Source of the DNA: an uncultured virus (IMG/VR IMGVR_UViG_3300010220_000093)
Lineage: Duplodnaviria > Heunggongvirae > Uroviricota > Caudoviricetes
Virus record (IMG/VR): IMGVR_UViG_3300010220_000093
Coordinates: 54,968-74,967 of that record
DNA: 20,000 bases
Reading direction: 5' to 3' (one strand)
The notes under the pieces were generated by a model, which made no database searches, was not told where the DNA came from, and was given only the letters and a program-made list of their open reading frames with translations. Shown here piece by piece: positions 17,159-20,000 of this stretch. Within the stretch, counting starts at the first letter, position 1. The number at the start of each line of letters is the position of its first letter. Made by a program: the position numbers and the translations under genes.

Positions 17159-19660
17159 ATGGCAAGCCCGGTTCAGATCGTTCTCAATCCCGAGAATTAC
17201 GAGGAAGTACGTGAGGCAGGCGGCGGCGGTGGGCGAAAGGATTTCTTCGCTCATAAAGATCGGGAATTTGCTGCACATCGAGCCAACCTCGTCAGCCAGA
17301 TCGAGTCTATCGCGGGCACTCTTTCCGCTCAGGCTCAAGGGCCCGTCGGCTTTGCCAAGGTCGTCCTCCGGCGAGAGGCGTGGGCGAAAAGCCATCGCCC
17401 CGTAGCGACCCTGTTCCGCCAGGACCGTGTGCCTGTCGTTGGTGGCGGCGATCTCGGCGTTATGATCGTCGAGGTGCAGCCTGCTACGCTTCGGCAGGTT
17501 GCGGCCGAGATGCTAAAGGCCGAAACTTACACCGAAATGCGCTTCGATCCCATTCGGGAGAAGGAAGTCCCCAATCCATCAGGGCGCAAGAGCGAGACCG
17601 GCGCGATCGAGCGCATCGAACTCTACAGTCCATCTGATCGGCGGAGCTTCTCGGTGGAGGAGGCGGTTGTGTGGCTGTCCAATCCGATGACCGGCAGCAG
17701 CTATGAGGTCGAACTATTCGACTCAGTTCCGCTTCGCGGCGATTGGGACCGGCTCGACGCCGCCCATCGTAGACTATTCGAGTCATTCCTCAGTGGCTTT
17801 CGCGATCTCGGCTTTGGCGTGTCGGTTGATCGCCTCCCGCATCTGCGTCGCCATCAGCCATTGCTATCAGTACGCGTTGACGAAGGCTTGGATGGTGCGG
17901 TCATCGCTCTTCAAGATGGTCCAGCGGGTGAACGCCGACGGGAACTTGCACCGTTCAGCGGTGAGATCGATCGGCACATTCGCCTGCTGGCTTTCCTGGA
18001 CAAGCATCCCCTCGTGCGGCGCATTGGATTGCCCGGAGTCGTTGTTCGCTCTATGCCGCAGTCAGGCGACCCACGGGCAGATTCCACAGACGCTACAATT
18101 CCGCTGCGTGAAACGCGGCGCAGTTATCCGCGCATTGGCATCATTGATGGCGGCATAAGCGACACACTGTCGGACTGGGTGATCGACAGATGGGACATTC
18201 TAGCTGACGAGGACATGGATCATGGCCATGGCACTTTTATCGGGGGGCTAGCGGTCGCAGGTGCCAGCTTGAATGGCGCGGAGAATTGTCCCGAGGCGGA
18301 CGGGGCTGAGTTGGTGGATATCGCAATTTTCCCGAAGGAAGACAATGGGTCGTTCGCCAACTATTATTCTGGCGGCCTTCCACAGTTCTTCGATGAAATG
18401 GAGTCTGCCGTAGCCGATGCGCGTGCTCGCCACGACGTCCGTGTCTTTAACATGAGCTTAAACATCCTGCAGCCCGCGGCGCCGGACGCCTACAGCGCCC
18501 ACGCAGTGCGGCTCGACCGTATCGCCGAGGATAACAACGCTGTGATTTTCATGTCGGCTGGCAACACCCGGCCGCAGGATCTGCGGCCCGAATGGCCGAC
18601 CGATCCTGCCAGCGCGCTCTCCGGGCTCGCCTTGGCCCGCAATGATGGGTTGCTCACACCTGCAGAAAGCGCGCGCAATGTCGCTGTCGCGGCCCTGAAT
18701 CCGGTCGGACACGACGGCTGCGTAGCGCGCGCGCCAGCGCGCTACAGCCGACGCGGCCTTGGCCTGCGTTCCGGAGTTAAACCCGATCTCGCCCATATTG
18801 GAGGTTCGGGTACACCGCACCCGGTGGTCGGTCGCGGCCTGTTCTCTATTATGCCGGATGGCACGATTATCGATGGCTGCGGAACCAGCTATGCGGCACC
18901 TCTCGTTGCAAAAACTGCCGCTGCGCTTGACCATGCCATCGAAGGCGAGGTGTCGCGTGAGACGCTAATCGGACTTCTCGTCCACAACGCGCGCGTGCCG
19001 GAGCCACTCGTGTCCAAGCTACTCGCACCTGTCGCCCGCCATCTAGTCGGGTTCGGTATCCCGCCTTCGGCTGAGCGCATAATGGAGACTGGAGACCACT
19101 CGATAACGTTGGTCTTCGCTTCGCGGATCCAGCAGGGTCAACAGATTAACTTTGGTTTCCCCTGGCCTGCCTCGCTGGTGGGGCCGGGCGGCAAATGCCG
19201 CGGCCATGCGCGACTGACGTTAGTCGCAACGCCACCGCTTGACCCACGGTTTGGCGCAGAGTTTGTGCGTGTCAATGTCAACGCTTCCCTGCAGCAGGAG
19301 CAGGATGGCGGGCGGTGGAAGGGTAGGCTTGAGTCACTGTACCTTCCTTCTAGGCGGGAGTCGCCAGCAGTCGAGGCCGAACTTATTGAGCACGATCTGA
19401 AGTGGAGCCCAGTAAAAGTCTATGAAAAGACATTCCCCCAGGGCGTAGGTCCTTCTTCAAACTGGCGCTTGTTCATCGACTACCTTACCCGCGCCAATGA
19501 GGCGATGCCCGAGGGCGGTGTGCCGTTCACAGCGATCATCACGATCAGCGATCCAGACGGAGAAAAACCTGTCTTCAATGAAATGCGCCAGAACCTACAG
19601 TCGTTGGGGACAACCATCGCGGATATCCGAACTGCGGCCCGAATTACTTCTCGCGTCTAG
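17159..19660 (+). CDS. ietS: IetS-like subtilisin (S8) serine peptidase, 833 aa
   Basis: Catalytic D (IIDGG), H (HGTFIGG), oxyanion N (SAGN), KPDL, S (GTSYAAP); no signal peptide; paired with an AAA ATPase. Confidence 0.9.
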   Translation: MASPVQIVLNPENYEEVREAGGGGGRKDFFAHKDREFAAHRANLVSQIESIAGTLSAQAQGPVGFAKVVLRREAWAKSHRPVATLFRQDRVPVVGGGDLGVMIVEVQPATLRQVAAEMLKAETYTEMRFDPIREKEVPNPSGRKSETGAIERIELYSPSDRRSFSVEEAVVWLSNPMTGSSYEVELFDSVPLRGDWDRLDAAHRRLFESFLSGFRDLGFGVSVDRLPHLRRHQPLLSVRVDEGLDGAVIALQDGPAGERRRELAPFSGEIDRHIRLLAFLDKHPLVRRIGLPGVVVRSMPQSGDPRADSTDATIPLRETRRSYPRIGIIDGGISDTLSDWVIDRWDILADEDMDHGHGTFIGGLAVAGASLNGAENCPEADGAELVDIAIFPKEDNGSFANYYSGGLPQFFDEMESAVADARARHDVRVFNMSLNILQPAAPDAYSAHAVRLDRIAEDNNAVIFMSAGNTRPQDLRPEWPTDPASALSGLALARNDGLLTPAESARNVAVAALNPVGHDGCVARAPARYSRRGLGLRSGVKPDLAHIGGSGTPHPVVGRGLFSIMPDGTIIDGCGTSYAAPLVAKTAAALDHAIEGEVSRETLIGLLVHNARVPEPLVSKLLAPVARHLVGFGIPPSAERIMETGDHSITLVFASRIQQGQQINFGFPWPASLVGPGGKCRGHARLTLVATPPLDPRFGAEFVRVNVNASLQQEQDGGRWKGRLESLYLPSRRESPAVEAELIEHDLKWSPVKVYEKTFPQGVGPSSNWRLFIDYLTRANEAMPEGGVPFTAIITISDPDGEKPVFNEMRQNLQSLGTTIADIRTAARITSRV

Positions 19661-19943
19661 GGGTAAGCGTCGTCGTCCCCCACAGAAAATAGACCGCATT
19701 CCGTCCATTGACGGCTCCTTACGTGGAAATGTGTGCGCTTGGTATGATGGAGCCAATTATGATCTAGATCGACGCGTCGGTGCTCTTGTCAACGGCTGGT
19801 CAACCCGCCAATGCCTTCCAGGTAACATTGAAGCCCGTCGAATGACGTCGAAAGACGCAAGGCTACGGTCAAAGATTTCGTTACTTCAAATACTTGCTCG
19901 ACAAGTCCCTGAGGTAAAAGGGTTATTCTAAATCGAAGAGTTC

Positions 19944-19990
19944 GGCTCATAACCTGAAGGCCGCAGGTTCAAATCCTGCCCCCGCAACCA
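19944..19990 (+). tRNA. 3' fragment only of initiator tRNA-Met(CAT); att-site duplication, not an intact tRNA
   Basis: GGCTCATAACCTGAAGGCCGCAGGTTCAAATCCTGCCCCCGCAACCA contains the anticodon loop (CAT 19948-19950), T-arm, acceptor 3' strand and CCA. The upstream sequence has no D-arm or acceptor 5' strand. Confidence 0.9.
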
Positions 19991-20000
19991 AGATCTTTCG

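Larger units (their letters stand above)
1..19990. mobile_element. Integrative island (prophage remnant or satellite-like element with defence cargo) inserted at tRNA-Met; left boundary lies outside the window
   Basis: Tyrosine integrase, AlpA/Xis-like gene, Rep with iterons, phage-type MTase and VRR-NUC, several defence/TA modules, and a tRNA-Met 3' fragment at 19944-19990. Whether the left defence cluster belongs to the same element is inferred, not shown. Confidence 0.7.

Noticed and set aside
19914..19990. Intact tRNA-Met gene
   Set aside because: The 5' acceptor strand and D-arm are absent and the anticodon stem is mispaired.

Overview
GC-rich alphaproteobacterial-type DNA (Rhodobacteraceae-like by inference). 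It appears to be the right-hand 20 kb of a genomic island bounded by a 47-bp 3' fragment of initiator tRNA-Met (att site, 19944-19990). From left to right: (1) a + strand defence cluster with a 5'-truncated SNF2-type helicase, a helicase-less Type ISP-like N6-adenine methyltransferase/TRD protein with a low-GC specificity segment, a separate wHTH + PD-(D/E)xK nuclease (falsely fused to the MTase in the ORF track by a 10-N gap), and an AIPR-like gene behind a strongly structured leader; (2) a RES/Xre toxin-antitoxin pair; (3) a leftward, translationally coupled phage/satellite-like operon (AlpA/Xis-like HTH, small ORF, VRR-NUC, replication initiator with internal palindromic iterons, C5 cytosine MTase with a second polypeptide in an overlapping frame, hypothetical); (4) a divergent control region with a perfect alphaproteobacterial LexA box, a putative regulator and a P4-like tyrosine integrase; (5) an IetAS-like AAA ATPase + S8 protease pair preceded by eight heptamers phased every 20-21 bp. 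No virion, packaging or conjugation genes are seen in the window.
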